From: Parcubacteria group bacterium | Lineage (GTDB): Bacteria; Patescibacteriota; Patescibacteriia; UBA9934; GWF2-40-263 | NCBI GenBank assembly: GCA_013204395.1 | Contig: JABMNZ010000002.1 | Coordinates: 1 to 58,951 of the forward strand | Reading direction: 5' to 3' | Length of the DNA: 58,951 nt | In this document: piece after piece, positions 1-9,592 of the stretch | Layout of the letters: the number at the start of each line of letters is the position of its first letter | How positions within the stretch are numbered: the stretch's first letter is position 1 | Notes under the pieces: model-generated | Told to the model about the DNA's origin: nothing | The model's input: the letters and a program-made list of their open reading frames with translations, nothing else | Database searches by the model: none | Position numbers and translations under genes: made by a program

Positions 1-77
1 GCTGGCTTTCGCTTAGGAGCTGCCTTCTTCTTTGCAGCTGGCTTTCGCTTAGCCGGCGTTTTCTTTTTTGCTGGCAT
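1..77 (-). CDS. Lys/Ala/Pro-rich histone H1-like basic protein, N-terminal part (runs off window)
   Basis: Manual translation MPAKKKTPAKRKPAAKKKAAPKRKPA...; AGGAGGTGA SD just upstream of ATG at 77. Confidence 0.7.
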   Translation of the reverse strand, partial: MPAKKKTPAKRKPAAKKKAAPKRKP

Positions 78-310
78 AGTTCTGAATCACCTCCTCTGTG
101 TCACCGAAAAAATCGATGACCAAGTCAGAACCAACGGTTCCTCCGAGGATGAATTAATTAGAATCGTGCGCTCGATCGAGCCCTGCACATAAATGTGCAG
201 TGTTGATTCGTATGTTACATGACGCGATGCAACAAACGATAACTCTATTGTAAAAAACTTTTCGTGTTGCAACAAGATCAATGTATAGAAAAAAAACTTT
301 TTTGAAAAAA

Positions 311-1612
311 CTATTCTTTCACAACAACGGTTATTCCTTCTTCTGCCCACTCATAGATCCACCTCATGTCTTCAAGGGAAACGTTCACACATCCACGAGA
401 CATCTGATGACCGAAGTTGCTATGCCAAGGTGCATAGTGAATATAAATGTGTGGGAAGATGCGAAGATTATATGGAATCCAACCAAGGTCATAATTGTTT
501 GGATTGCCCTCTCCGTAATTCCACGCGTAATGCACAACTGGAACTTTGGCTAAGATGACATGATTTCCTAGGGGTGTTCTGTTACTGAGACCACTGGAAA
601 TGAGAAAGCTATTTTCTAATATGCCATCTATGGATGCATAGAGTCGTTGTTGTGTTACGTTTACTTCAATGCGTTTATCAGTTTCGGGAACAAACAAAAC
701 TCGTCCTGAGGTGTATAGCAATATGTTGTCGTCTGAGGCTATGTGAACACTTCCATCGGCAACTTTCACTGTTTGCGTAACCCCACTCTCATTGTAAATG
801 TATGAACTCGATGCTGTGGATAACATTATGTTTTTGTTGTGAACAACAAGCGAGTGAACACCGAGTGAATCAATAAAAAGTTGTTTTTCATTTTTTGTTA
901 CGACGGAACTTTCAAAACTAAATGTTCTTACTACAGGTGAGCTTGTGTGTTGTTGTGTCAAAAAAAGATTCTTGTCACTCACGTCACCAACAAGCCCGCC
1001 TCGGTCGTCAGCCCCGAATGCAAAAAAATTTTCTTCTATTTGTACCCCATCGTTCCAAGACCAAATGCGAACATGGGGACCACCGCCAGCAGCCGGAAGG
1101 GTCACAAGCTCAGCACGTGCATCTCCAGTAAGATCTCCGCACGCAAGATTCACGCCACCTCTAAATGATTCACCGAATGCGAAAAAACCACCACCATCAA
1201 TAGCTTCACCAAAACGATTAAACACTCTGACATGCGGACCGCCACCGCGCTGCGGTGCTGCGACAATTTCATCATAACCATCACCCGTCAGATCACAGGT
1301 TGTTACATTGATACCCACGCCCAATGTTGGTGCATAGGCTAAAAAACTTCCAACTTCAGATCCATCTTGGCGCAATACGCGTACTCGAGGTTCAGATCCC
1401 ATGCCAGCACCGATCACTATCTCCGATATGCCATCGTTCCCCAAGTCTGATAGGGCCATGGATACTCCACCAACAGTATCGTTCACATTCAATGAAAAAT
1501 CGATACTTCCATCTAATGATCGGATTTGCACGGATTCACTATGGTAGGCATGAGTTGGGATTGGAGGCGCAAGAAAGCTTATGGCTAGCAGTATCAGAAG
1601 AGATCGTTTCAT
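311..1612 (-). CDS. L,D-transpeptidase (YkuD) family protein with FG-GAP-like repeats
   Basis: Signal peptide; repeats DLGNDG/DLTGDG..GGGPHVR; C-terminal IHYAPWH...SRGCVN; start moved to MKRS (TACACT 8 nt upstream). Confidence 0.85.
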   Translation of the reverse strand: MKRSLLILLAISFLAPPIPTHAYHSESVQIRSLDGSIDFSLNVNDTVGGVSMALSDLGNDGISEIVIGAGMGSEPRVRVLRQDGSEVGSFLAYAPTLGVGINVTTCDLTGDGYDEIVAAPQRGGGPHVRVFNRFGEAIDGGGFFAFGESFRGGVNLACGDLTGDARAELVTLPAAGGGPHVRIWSWNDGVQIEENFFAFGADDRGGLVGDVSDKNLFLTQQHTSSPVVRTFSFESSVVTKNEKQLFIDSLGVHSLVVHNKNIMLSTASSSYIYNESGVTQTVKVADGSVHIASDDNILLYTSGRVLFVPETDKRIEVNVTQQRLYASIDGILENSFLISSGLSNRTPLGNHVILAKVPVVHYAWNYGEGNPNNYDLGWIPYNLRIFPHIYIHYAPWHSNFGHQMSRGCVNVSLEDMRWIYEWAEEGITVVVKE

Positions 1613-1644
1613 ATGGATATAGTGTAACAAAAAACCACCGTCGA

Positions 1645-1721
1645 TGGTGGACCTGAAGGGATTCGAACCCTTGACCCCCTGCTTGCAAAGCAGGTGCTCT
1701 AACCAGCTGAGCTACAGGCCC
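1645..1721 (-). tRNA. tRNA-Ala(TGC), CCA encoded
   Basis: GGGCCTGTAGCTCAGCTGGTTAGAGCACCTGCTTTGCAAGCAGGGGGTCAAGGGTTCGAATCCCTTCAGGTCCACCA; full cloverleaf. Confidence 0.97.
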
Positions 1722-1753
1722 ATCATCGACGGTGGTATTTGAATTGCGGCGAA

Positions 1754-1782
1754 ATATTACCAATCGTATCGCCTGTTGTCAA
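1754..1782 (-). promoter_or_regulatory. sigma70 promoter for tRNA-Ala
   Basis: TTGACA-17nt-TAATAT. Confidence 0.65.
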
Positions 1783-1824
1783 TGAGTTTATCCCCGATAA
1801 GCAGGGCCTTTTTTGGCTAATACA

Positions 1825-1853
1825 TTGACAAAACACCTATTTTAGTGTACCTT
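1825..1853 (+). promoter_or_regulatory. sigma70 promoter for accessory lipoprotein gene
   Basis: TTGACA-17nt-TACCTT. Confidence 0.55.
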
Positions 1854-1898
1854 TCATCGGTTCTGCGTGCGTTTTGTACCAGACAAGGAGGATGTTCC

Positions 1899-3341
1899 AT
1901 GCGCGAGCTTTACCGCTGTGTGCTTTTGACGCTGTGTGCGCTGTCCCTCCTGACGGCTGGATGCGGCGCGGACAAGGCCGAGAATGACGACGATTCGATC
2001 GTTTCAGTCGAGGGTTCGGGGCTGTCTGATTCGGCCTTGGTGCCTTTGGCAGCTCCTGCCTACGCACAGGTGATGATCGGGGACGACATGTCCTGGGTCC
2101 CACCGGGGCCACACCGACTCCCGGATGTGCCAGCGAACCTTCTCGAGTTCATCGAGCGCGGCAAGCGTCTGATGGAAGGAGCTCGGTTCAAGAGGATGAG
2201 CTGTGTTCCCGAGAATGTGCCTGACCTCACGTGGAAGCGATGTCTGGGCAACGATTACCTTCTGGCGGTCGTGAGCCCCGAAGGCAAGCTCAAGAGGATC
2301 GATGTCTATGGTGGGGTAGCAACCTCGCCATCCAACTTCAATGTCCGTTGTGAGCGAGAAGGGGCGTGCGACGGTGGCGTGAATCCGCCGTTCATCGTGA
2401 ATTCTCCTCCTGGTTGGACTGTCGTCGCCGTTCGCAAGGCGGTTCCGGATACAACAAAACAAGACGGAATCGGTGGTCAAGTCTACGTTCCGTACTCCAC
2501 CCGGCTCAACACGCCGGAACTTCGTCAGGCAGGTCTTCAGTACCTCCACCTGGTGGTGGAGGCCGTGCGTTACGATCTGCTCGCCAAGGACGTTCGTTCG
2601 GGTCGTATCGCTGGCAAGCATGTGCTTGAGACAACGACGCTGCGACATGCAGTCGTTCTGAGTCTCACCGAGCAGGTGTACAATCCCGAGCTATTCGTAT
2701 CGGGCACTGACATCGACCGTCTCGAGATGCTGAACCGGATCCTGGTCTTGTTCGCCATCAACCGTGAGCAGGCGTTCCGCTTCGTGATGTCCAACATGGA
2801 CGCACGTGGAGGGTGGCAGATCATCCCCGCGAGTTGGGAGACGCTTCGGACGTCGTACCCGTCGGCTCAGCTGCCGGAGGACTTCGTCTACGGCTCTACC
2901 AACCACTCGGTGGCTCTAAAGGCCGCGATCCTCCACACGGACGATCAGTGGTGGGGGCTCAAGCGCAATGGGTGCAAGGACGGACACATCGCTGCGTTCT
3001 CTGACCTCTCAGGAGACTGGGGTCCGCTGTTCGCAGCGGGCTACAACGGCTCGATGGCACGTGCCGACTCGGCTTACCACGCTTGTGGAGCCAATTGGCG
3101 CGATGGCGACTGCTGCAAGCAGATCGAGAATCCCCTGAAGAGGTTGGCATGCCACCCCCTTCGCGAGGAAACACTCATGTACTTGCCCAAGTACGAGTGG
3201 ATCGACAGCCTGCTTTTCGACGAAGAGCAGCGTCTGAGGATCGAATCACTCGTATGGCCACAACTGCGCGAGCAGGCACTGGCCTACGAGACGGCGCGCG
3301 CTCAGCGCATCATCGAAGAAGCACTGGTCACCACGCAGTGA
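1899..3341 (+). CDS. Accessory lipoprotein with lysozyme/lytic-transglycosylase-like C-terminal domain
   Basis: AAGGAGG SD; lipobox LTAGC; ARGGWQIIPASWETL and AAGYNGS resemble SLT motifs II/III. Confidence 0.55.
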   Translation: MRELYRCVLLTLCALSLLTAGCGADKAENDDDSIVSVEGSGLSDSALVPLAAPAYAQVMIGDDMSWVPPGPHRLPDVPANLLEFIERGKRLMEGARFKRMSCVPENVPDLTWKRCLGNDYLLAVVSPEGKLKRIDVYGGVATSPSNFNVRCEREGACDGGVNPPFIVNSPPGWTVVAVRKAVPDTTKQDGIGGQVYVPYSTRLNTPELRQAGLQYLHLVVEAVRYDLLAKDVRSGRIAGKHVLETTTLRHAVVLSLTEQVYNPELFVSGTDIDRLEMLNRILVLFAINREQAFRFVMSNMDARGGWQIIPASWETLRTSYPSAQLPEDFVYGSTNHSVALKAAILHTDDQWWGLKRNGCKDGHIAAFSDLSGDWGPLFAAGYNGSMARADSAYHACGANWRDGDCCKQIENPLKRLACHPLREETLMYLPKYEWIDSLLFDEEQRLRIESLVWPQLREQALAYETARAQRIIEEALVTTQ

Positions 3342-3346
3342 TCAAC

Positions 3347-3384
3347 GGGGGGCGACGGACTTACAATCCGCTCGCCCCTTTTTC
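3347..3384 (+). terminator. Rho-independent terminator
   Basis: GGGGCGA..CGGA/TCCG..TCGCCCC followed by T run. Confidence 0.6.
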
Positions 3385-3425
3385 GTTACAAAAAAATGAG
3401 GCCCTTTTGGGCCCCATGTTATTTA

Positions 3426-4223
3426 CTAGCTTCCGAAGGTTTCTGTCATGCACGTTTGTTGCTCTGTCTGTGCTCGTTGTCTAAGTATTTCCGGTAGAGG
3501 GAATTGACTAAGTCCTGAATAAGGCTCTGCCAGATCCATCATGAACATTTCAAGTGATCCATCATCTCCCATGAGCCACACATTTGAGCAGGGCCCAGGA
3601 GAGTTATCAACGAAGTCTTTAAGTAAGATTAGTGAGTTTTCTAGACGTCCTATAACACGGAACATGGCGGTTGGTGATCCCTCTTCTGCTTTAAAAGTTT
3701 GTTTGTAAATTCTTTGCCATCGATTTGTAACGGTGTTGTAGTGATAGATACCGGAGAATAAGTCGCCGGTATCTTGGTTGTAGTCCGATGTGGCAAAGTA
3801 AACCATGTTTTCACTTTGAGACTCAACAACACCAAAGACTAGTTTTTCAGATCCTTCTCCTGACACAGGTTTTCCTTGAGCCGAGTTAATGATCGTTGTG
3901 GCCTCATCAAGGTCGTCAAAGTTACTTAGCTCTGTAAAAGTTACGAAGTCTGTTAGGTCGATTCTTACCTCCTCGCCAGTTTCTTTATCGATTGTAACGA
4001 CCACATTAGCCACTGGGTCCACAACAGTAATATTTCTAGTATCTTCTATGATACTAGGATCATCCTCTTGTATGTTGGCGATCAAAATTGCACCAAGAAT
4101 TAAAACAACCGCGATCACATAGGTACCCACCGGGCGCTTAGGCTTCGGTGGAGGTGATGACGGCTGTGCTTGTGATGATTCAACGGCCCCTCCCAGCGGC
4201 TGTCCATTCTCGTAATCATTCAT
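3426..4223 (-). CDS. Hypothetical single-pass membrane protein
   Basis: 265 aa ORF, one TM helix, acidic extracellular domain. Confidence 0.75.
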   Translation of the reverse strand: MNDYENGQPLGGAVESSQAQPSSPPPKPKRPVGTYVIAVVLILGAILIANIQEDDPSIIEDTRNITVVDPVANVVVTIDKETGEEVRIDLTDFVTFTELSNFDDLDEATTIINSAQGKPVSGEGSEKLVFGVVESQSENMVYFATSDYNQDTGDLFSGIYHYNTVTNRWQRIYKQTFKAEEGSPTAMFRVIGRLENSLILLKDFVDNSPGPCSNVWLMGDDGSLEMFMMDLAEPYSGLSQFPLPEILRQRAQTEQQTCMTETFGS

Positions 4224-4227
4224 AGCT

Positions 4228-5217
4228 CTATTTTACTTTATTTGGTGGTATTTTCCCTCGAACAAACGCGAGGATATTTTGTGCAGCTATGCGGCTCATG
4301 GCCTGTCTTGTTTCAAGCGTGGCAGAGGCTGTGTGAGGTGTCAAGACGACATTTTGGAGGGTTCTAAGGTCAAGATTGTCATTTGGGTCACAGTCGATCA
4401 GAGGCTCACATTCATAAACATCAAGACCCGCACCAGCGATCTCACCCCTCATGAGTGATCTGACGAGTGCTTTTTCATCTACTACTGGACCGCGCGCAGT
4501 ATTAATCAAGAATGCTGTTTTTTTCATCATCTTGAGCTGCTTGGCGCCAATCAAATGTCTTGTAGACGGAAGGAGGGGGACATGGAGCGACACAAAATCT
4601 GATTGCTTCAATACCTGTGCCAATGAATGATATTTAGCATTAGTTTCTTTTTCTAGCTCTGGATTCCTCTTAATGTCGGTGTATACAACCTTCATGTTGA
4701 ATCCATTATGTAGTCTGTGAACGACACCTGAACCAATTTGGCCAGAACCAATTATTCCGACGGTTTTACCCCATAGGTCTGTTCCAAGAAGAAGTTGTGG
4801 TCCCCATGATTTGTATTTTCCAGCACGAGTAAACTTATCTGTCTCAACAATTCGTTTTGCTAGCGCAAACATCAACGCGACTGTATGTTCGGCAACAGAT
4901 TCAGCACCCTGTTCATTTGGTGCGTTTGTAACTGTAATACCACGAAGCTTGGCTTCTTTAATATCAATATTGTTAAATCCAACTGCGTAGTTGGCGATCA
5001 TCTTGAGCTGTGGACCGGCTGCATTCATAATTTCAGCATCCATCTTTTCGGTAAGAATCGAAAGAATGATGTCCGCACCTTTGACCCTACGCTTTAACTC
5101 GGCTCGAGGGATTTTTTTGTCATGCTCATACACCTCTAGTTTCACATTAGAGGCTTTTTTTAGCATCTTGATTCCTTCATCAGGAATCTCTCTTGTAACA
5201 AAGACTTTGTATTTCAT
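4228..5217 (-). CDS. D-isomer-specific 2-hydroxyacid (D-glycerate/glyoxylate) dehydrogenase
   Basis: GIIGSGQIG NAD motif, INTARG, LDVYECEP, LTPHTAS; ATGA overlap with upstream pfkB stop. Confidence 0.92.
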   Translation of the reverse strand: MKYKVFVTREIPDEGIKMLKKASNVKLEVYEHDKKIPRAELKRRVKGADIILSILTEKMDAEIMNAAGPQLKMIANYAVGFNNIDIKEAKLRGITVTNAPNEQGAESVAEHTVALMFALAKRIVETDKFTRAGKYKSWGPQLLLGTDLWGKTVGIIGSGQIGSGVVHRLHNGFNMKVVYTDIKRNPELEKETNAKYHSLAQVLKQSDFVSLHVPLLPSTRHLIGAKQLKMMKKTAFLINTARGPVVDEKALVRSLMRGEIAGAGLDVYECEPLIDCDPNDNLDLRTLQNVVLTPHTASATLETRQAMSRIAAQNILAFVRGKIPPNKVK

Positions 5218-6191
5218 AACTCCTTGATTTTGATTTTCATTCGTCTTGCCTTGCTTGGCCAATTTTTAAGCAGACCGTTCTTTGCCCCATGTTTTTGAAT
5301 AACAGACTCTGCATTTAAAGTACCTACCTTAAGGGCACCTTTTATATCATCGGTTTTCATGAGCTCAGATAGAAAACCTGACCCGAATGCATCGCCGGCT
5401 CCTGTTCTAGAAATAGATTTTGCACCCGTTGTGCCAGCATGAACTGTCCAGCCATCGCGATGAGCATATGAGCCATCGATCCCATCTGTTATCAGGCGGA
5501 CAGTTCCTTTGGAGTGAAGAACCTGACAGATCTCTGCGATATTCCGACTACCAGTGAGAAAATCTGCTTCCTCTCTGTTTACATTTAGCACATCAATCAT
5601 TGGTAGCAATGGCTTGATCTTTTTGATTCCAGCCTTGATCTCACGACTTCCAGGATTCCACATAACTTTAGTGCCAGCTTTATGCGCGGCGCGAATAATT
5701 TTGGCTGACAAAGCTATGTTGCCGCCAAGGCTTGTGAGGTAAATCCATTTTGTTCGACCAAGAGCTTTGAAATCAATGTCCTTGTCTGAGAATTTCGCGC
5801 TCACTCCTCTGTAGACAAGTACGGTACGCTCTCCGTCTTTCATGGTGAGTAGCGTTGAGTACCCCGTTTCGCCACCCACTACCGTGGTTACAAGTCGTAT
5901 GGCTACATTGAAACGTTTGAGATCTTCCATCACATCACGACCAGATGAGTCGTCCCCGATTTTGCAAATAGAAGCTGTTTTCAATCCAAGCGAACCAAAC
6001 GTAGCGGCGGCGTTTGTGGCCCCTCCTCCAGTAGTGAGCACGATCTGGTCGAGCTCGATTTTTGACCCAAGGGCCACGCACTCGCCTATGCCTGTGGGGA
6101 ACTGATCAGATTTGAGCGCGACAAATGCATCTGAGATAAGAAACACGTCTCGAACTCCCGCGCCTATAGTGATGACATCGTACATATTCAT
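5214..6191 (-). CDS. PfkB/ribokinase-family carbohydrate kinase
   Basis: GGGATNAA and RTGAGDAFGSGF motifs. Confidence 0.92.
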   Translation of the reverse strand: MNMYDVITIGAGVRDVFLISDAFVALKSDQFPTGIGECVALGSKIELDQIVLTTGGGATNAAATFGSLGLKTASICKIGDDSSGRDVMEDLKRFNVAIRLVTTVVGGETGYSTLLTMKDGERTVLVYRGVSAKFSDKDIDFKALGRTKWIYLTSLGGNIALSAKIIRAAHKAGTKVMWNPGSREIKAGIKKIKPLLPMIDVLNVNREEADFLTGSRNIAEICQVLHSKGTVRLITDGIDGSYAHRDGWTVHAGTTGAKSISRTGAGDAFGSGFLSELMKTDDIKGALKVGTLNAESVIQKHGAKNGLLKNWPSKARRMKIKIKEL

Positions 6192-6409
6192 TTGTTTAAC
6201 ATCTCGTTCCAGTCATCTGCTGTCATCCCAGCTTGTCGCAAAATTTCTGAAAGAAGTGACTTAGATATGTCTCTTTTGTGTGGGTTGGGAATATGTAGTT
6301 TGAGATCATCCTTTACCATAAATAAATGACGGCCACCTGAATACGGACCGTCAAAACCAAACCGTCGAAGCATTTTTATAAACTTCCTCCACGAAATGCT
6401 ATTAGGCAT
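6188..6409 (-). CDS. hicA: HicA-family toxin
   Basis: 73 aa, GF..GGRHLFM..IPNPH dsRBD-like HicA motif. Confidence 0.85.
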   Translation of the reverse strand: MPNSISWRKFIKMLRRFGFDGPYSGGRHLFMVKDDLKLHIPNPHKRDISKSLLSEILRQAGMTADDWNEMLNK

Positions 6410-6647
6410 ATTTTTTCATCTGGCGGCGGTCGAACTTAATTCTAAGTCCAGGAACAGGTTCATGGGAGCGTATCTTTAACAGAGCCCAATCCTCAAGGAC
6501 TTCCTGTAATTCTTTTCGACACATCTCTAAGGTCTTGGCATTAGCCCAAACACCCTTGATACCCGACACTTCACCAAAATACGTTTTATCCTCAAGGATT
6601 TTGTATTTGGCTGTGCCCATCTTTTTTTCAATAAAGTTTGAAAACAT
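6402..6647 (-). CDS. hicB: HicB-family antitoxin (short, no C-terminal DNA-binding domain)
   Basis: YFGEVSGIKGVWANAKTLEMCRKELQEVLEDW partial RNase H fold; overlaps hicA start. Confidence 0.85.
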   Translation of the reverse strand: MFSNFIEKKMGTAKYKILEDKTYFGEVSGIKGVWANAKTLEMCRKELQEVLEDWALLKIRSHEPVPGLRIKFDRRQMKKYA

Positions 6648-6880
6648 ATAATGATATGGTAACAGACCATTAACAAATTGGCTAAGGTTAGTCTCTGTAT
6701 AAGCACCGGGTGCTTATGTATTCTTTTCCTTGGAGCTATTGACATTTCGGCCATTTCCGCTAAAGATAGCGGGTCGCATGCTGCGGCAAAACTGATTTTC
6801 TGGGGATGGCCCTGAGACTGCCTGAGATTACTCAAAGGGGTCGATTACATCCGTCTGCCAGGAAAGAAAGAAAACATACC

Positions 6881-8311
6881 GTGAAGACCAGAGAAGATGC
6901 CTTTACCAGGTTGACCGTGGCGGCCGCACAGGCTCGTCACAGCGATATTCCCAAAGAGCGAGCCAACGCTGCCCTCACCACCTTGATGGGTGGACTCCCT
7001 CCACTGCCGGCGGGAGTCGAAGCGATGATCGCCACCCAGTACGTCGAGGTTCCCGTGGCTGTGATTTCCCAAGGTGGGAGCATTGCTTTCCTGGGGATCA
7101 AGCGAAGTGGGAGCAAGTACGTCGTACGCATTGACGGAGGAACCTTCGAGATGCGTGTGGTTGATCGCTACAAAGAGTGGGAGCACATCGGTCATGTCCA
7201 CTTCCCAGAGGGGAGTGAGGATGTCGCCTATACCACCGTACTTGGTGGAGGACGTGCATTCGTGATTTGGGGCGACTGGCTGGCTCCGATCCTTCGTGGA
7301 ATCGGAGGTGAGTGTGTGGGGATTTACTGTTTCGACAGGGCTCCCCACAGGAAGTGTTTGGTAACCTACCAGCACGGTACTTTCCAGAAGATGGTCCTGT
7401 ACACCGAAGGTGTGTGTATCGGTGATAATTCGGAGTTGGACCCCGTCCATTTCAATTGTGCTGATACCAAGCTCACCGTCATGGGCATGTTCGACAACAA
7501 GATCGCCGTTGCGATGAAGTCGGCGTCCAAGACCCACCGCATTTCACAGTTCCACATGGAAGGAACTCTTGCCTGCCCAAGTCTTGCCTACGACGCTATC
7601 GTCAAGGACTCGCTCATGATCCGCGACGGCGAACTGAGCTTCGTGGGATGGAATGATCAATCTTCCGAAGAGGAGGTTGGAGTTACGGGGGAAGCGTTCC
7701 TCGTTAGGAGCGACTCTCAAGTTTCTCTGGGACCTGTCTACCAGGTGGGCCAGATTCACTGCCTCGATAGTGGGCGCGTGCTCGTCGAGACGTACATGCG
7801 GAGGATCAAGCCCGGTGGGAAGACGGTTCCGTCGGTCGGCCACCTCATGCTGAGCGATCCCCTGACAGGGCATACGCTCACGCTTCGCCGCACCATCAAT
7901 GTGCGCAGGATTCTGGAGACGGACTCCCATTTGGTGATGTTCGTCACCGATGATGGTTCAGAGGATGGACACATCAAGCGTCTCTACTTCATCAAGAAGA
8001 GTGTGGATGGGGGATGGGAAGATCGAGAGAGTTACACGGTCATTTCTGGTGCTTGTGCCCTTCTGGACAGTGGAAACAAAAAGACGTTCACGATCGAGCG
8101 TGGTCACGGGGGTCAGAGGCAGCTCGTTGCGCTGGATTGGGAGCGAGCGGCGCCGATGAATGAGGTGATGAGCGGTTCTCTGAACGTACATCGCTACTGT
8201 TCCTCTGCACCGCTCTACACGCCGTCGGACTGCCTGGTGCAGACCGATAGGGGTCTCATGTCCTGGAAGTTCGTCAACGGCACCTTCTACGTGATCCGCT
8301 ACCCCTGGTAG
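6881..8311 (+). CDS. Accessory hypothetical protein, beta-strand rich
   Basis: Long ORF with C/G-ending codons; probable GTG start at 6881; downstream hairpin. Confidence 0.7.
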   Translation: MKTREDAFTRLTVAAAQARHSDIPKERANAALTTLMGGLPPLPAGVEAMIATQYVEVPVAVISQGGSIAFLGIKRSGSKYVVRIDGGTFEMRVVDRYKEWEHIGHVHFPEGSEDVAYTTVLGGGRAFVIWGDWLAPILRGIGGECVGIYCFDRAPHRKCLVTYQHGTFQKMVLYTEGVCIGDNSELDPVHFNCADTKLTVMGMFDNKIAVAMKSASKTHRISQFHMEGTLACPSLAYDAIVKDSLMIRDGELSFVGWNDQSSEEEVGVTGEAFLVRSDSQVSLGPVYQVGQIHCLDSGRVLVETYMRRIKPGGKTVPSVGHLMLSDPLTGHTLTLRRTINVRRILETDSHLVMFVTDDGSEDGHIKRLYFIKKSVDGGWEDRESYTVISGACALLDSGNKKTFTIERGHGGQRQLVALDWERAAPMNEVMSGSLNVHRYCSSAPLYTPSDCLVQTDRGLMSWKFVNGTFYVIRYPW

Positions 8312-8465
8312 CACAAACGCAAACCACCCTTCGACTAGCTCAGGGTGGATTTTTATTTACGCGAATTAGATCTCACACCCAGGCATTTTTCTTGTTGCTA
8401 TTGTGTCTTACTGGGACTACCATTCCCCTTAGATGGGAATGTAATCCCGGGCACCTGTGACCTCT

Positions 8466-9425
8466 ATGAACAAGTCAACGCTTAACCTAATCCTTTTGAG
8501 TATTCTTCTGGTCGCGGGGATTGGATATGGAGTCTTTTTGAGCAACGATGATTTTTTTGAAGGGGAAGTTCCTGTGGACAGTGAGGAGGATGTAGACAGC
8601 AACATGATTCAGTACGATGAAGAGCTAGGGCTCACGTTCAGCTATCAATCGGGGGAGGATGGCTATCTGCTTATCGAGCCACCAAACAGCACTCAAGAGC
8701 ATGAGGAGCTTGTAAAGGCGTTCATTCTTATGAAGACCTCTGAGTATAAAGAGTTGCAGGGTGCAGAGGGTGGTGAGGGTCCGCCAACGATGAATGTTAC
8801 GGTGTTCAAGCCCACTGAGCGGCATGTGGCTTTCTGGCTTGAAAACAACTTTGGGTATACGGGATATGAAGGTGAGAGAGAACCTTTTGTGGTTGATGGG
8901 GTCACGGGGCTTTCGTATGAAACAGATGGACTCTACAGAGGTAAAACGGTCGCTGTGCTCTATGGCGATTTTCTCTATCTCTTTACCGCCTCCTACCATG
9001 AGCAAGATGATGGTCGCTTAGACGCATTCACCGAATTCCTTGCCACCGTCCAGTTTGATGGTTCACATGAGGTTGCGGTGAAAGATGATTTGATTCGCCT
9101 CTTTTATCCGGAGGAAAACGCATCTGTTGCAAGCCCTCTTGCCCTCCGTGGGGAGGCTCGAGGGAACTGGTTCTTTGAGGCTACGTTTCCCGTAGTGCTT
9201 ACAGATTGGGATGGACTCATCATTGCGCAGGGTCATGCAACGGCGTTAGATGAATGGATGACGGAGTCCTATGTCCCATTTGAAGCCTCGTTGGAGTTTG
9301 ATGCGCCAGGAGTTTATGATAGGGGTTCACTCATCCTCCACAAATCTAATGCATCCGGGCTTCCTGAACATGACAATGCCCTTGAGATCACTGTGCGTTT
9401 TTCTGAGAGTCCGGCTGGAAAGTAG
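8466..9425 (+). CDS. Membrane-anchored protein with C-terminal Gmad2 Ig-like domain
   Basis: N-terminal TM; SPLALRGEARGNWFFEATFPVVLTDWDG. Confidence 0.8.
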   Translation: MNKSTLNLILLSILLVAGIGYGVFLSNDDFFEGEVPVDSEEDVDSNMIQYDEELGLTFSYQSGEDGYLLIEPPNSTQEHEELVKAFILMKTSEYKELQGAEGGEGPPTMNVTVFKPTERHVAFWLENNFGYTGYEGEREPFVVDGVTGLSYETDGLYRGKTVAVLYGDFLYLFTASYHEQDDGRLDAFTEFLATVQFDGSHEVAVKDDLIRLFYPEENASVASPLALRGEARGNWFFEATFPVVLTDWDGLIIAQGHATALDEWMTESYVPFEASLEFDAPGVYDRGSLILHKSNASGLPEHDNALEITVRFSESPAGK

Positions 9426-9592
9426 AAGTGCAACGCTTATGGGTATCTAGCGATATATCTATGTACTAATTCATAATCATTTACACTCACTCAGAGCTAC
9501 CCTGAGCTTTCCAAAGGTCGTTCAGGGTAGCGACAAGAGGCTGTAAATAAACAAAAAACCGCCCCCACAAGCATGAGGACGGTTTTTTTAGT

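Noticed and set aside
1634-1736. Prophage/island att site at tRNA-Ala or tRNA-Leu
   Set aside because: Flanking repeats are inverted; no duplicated tRNA 3' end and no integrase found in the window.
2004-2648. Long antisense ORFs (also 6845-7537, 24430-25026, 47702-48442, 50556-51131)
   Set aside because: Shadows of GC-rich genes on the opposite strand; no SD or motifs.
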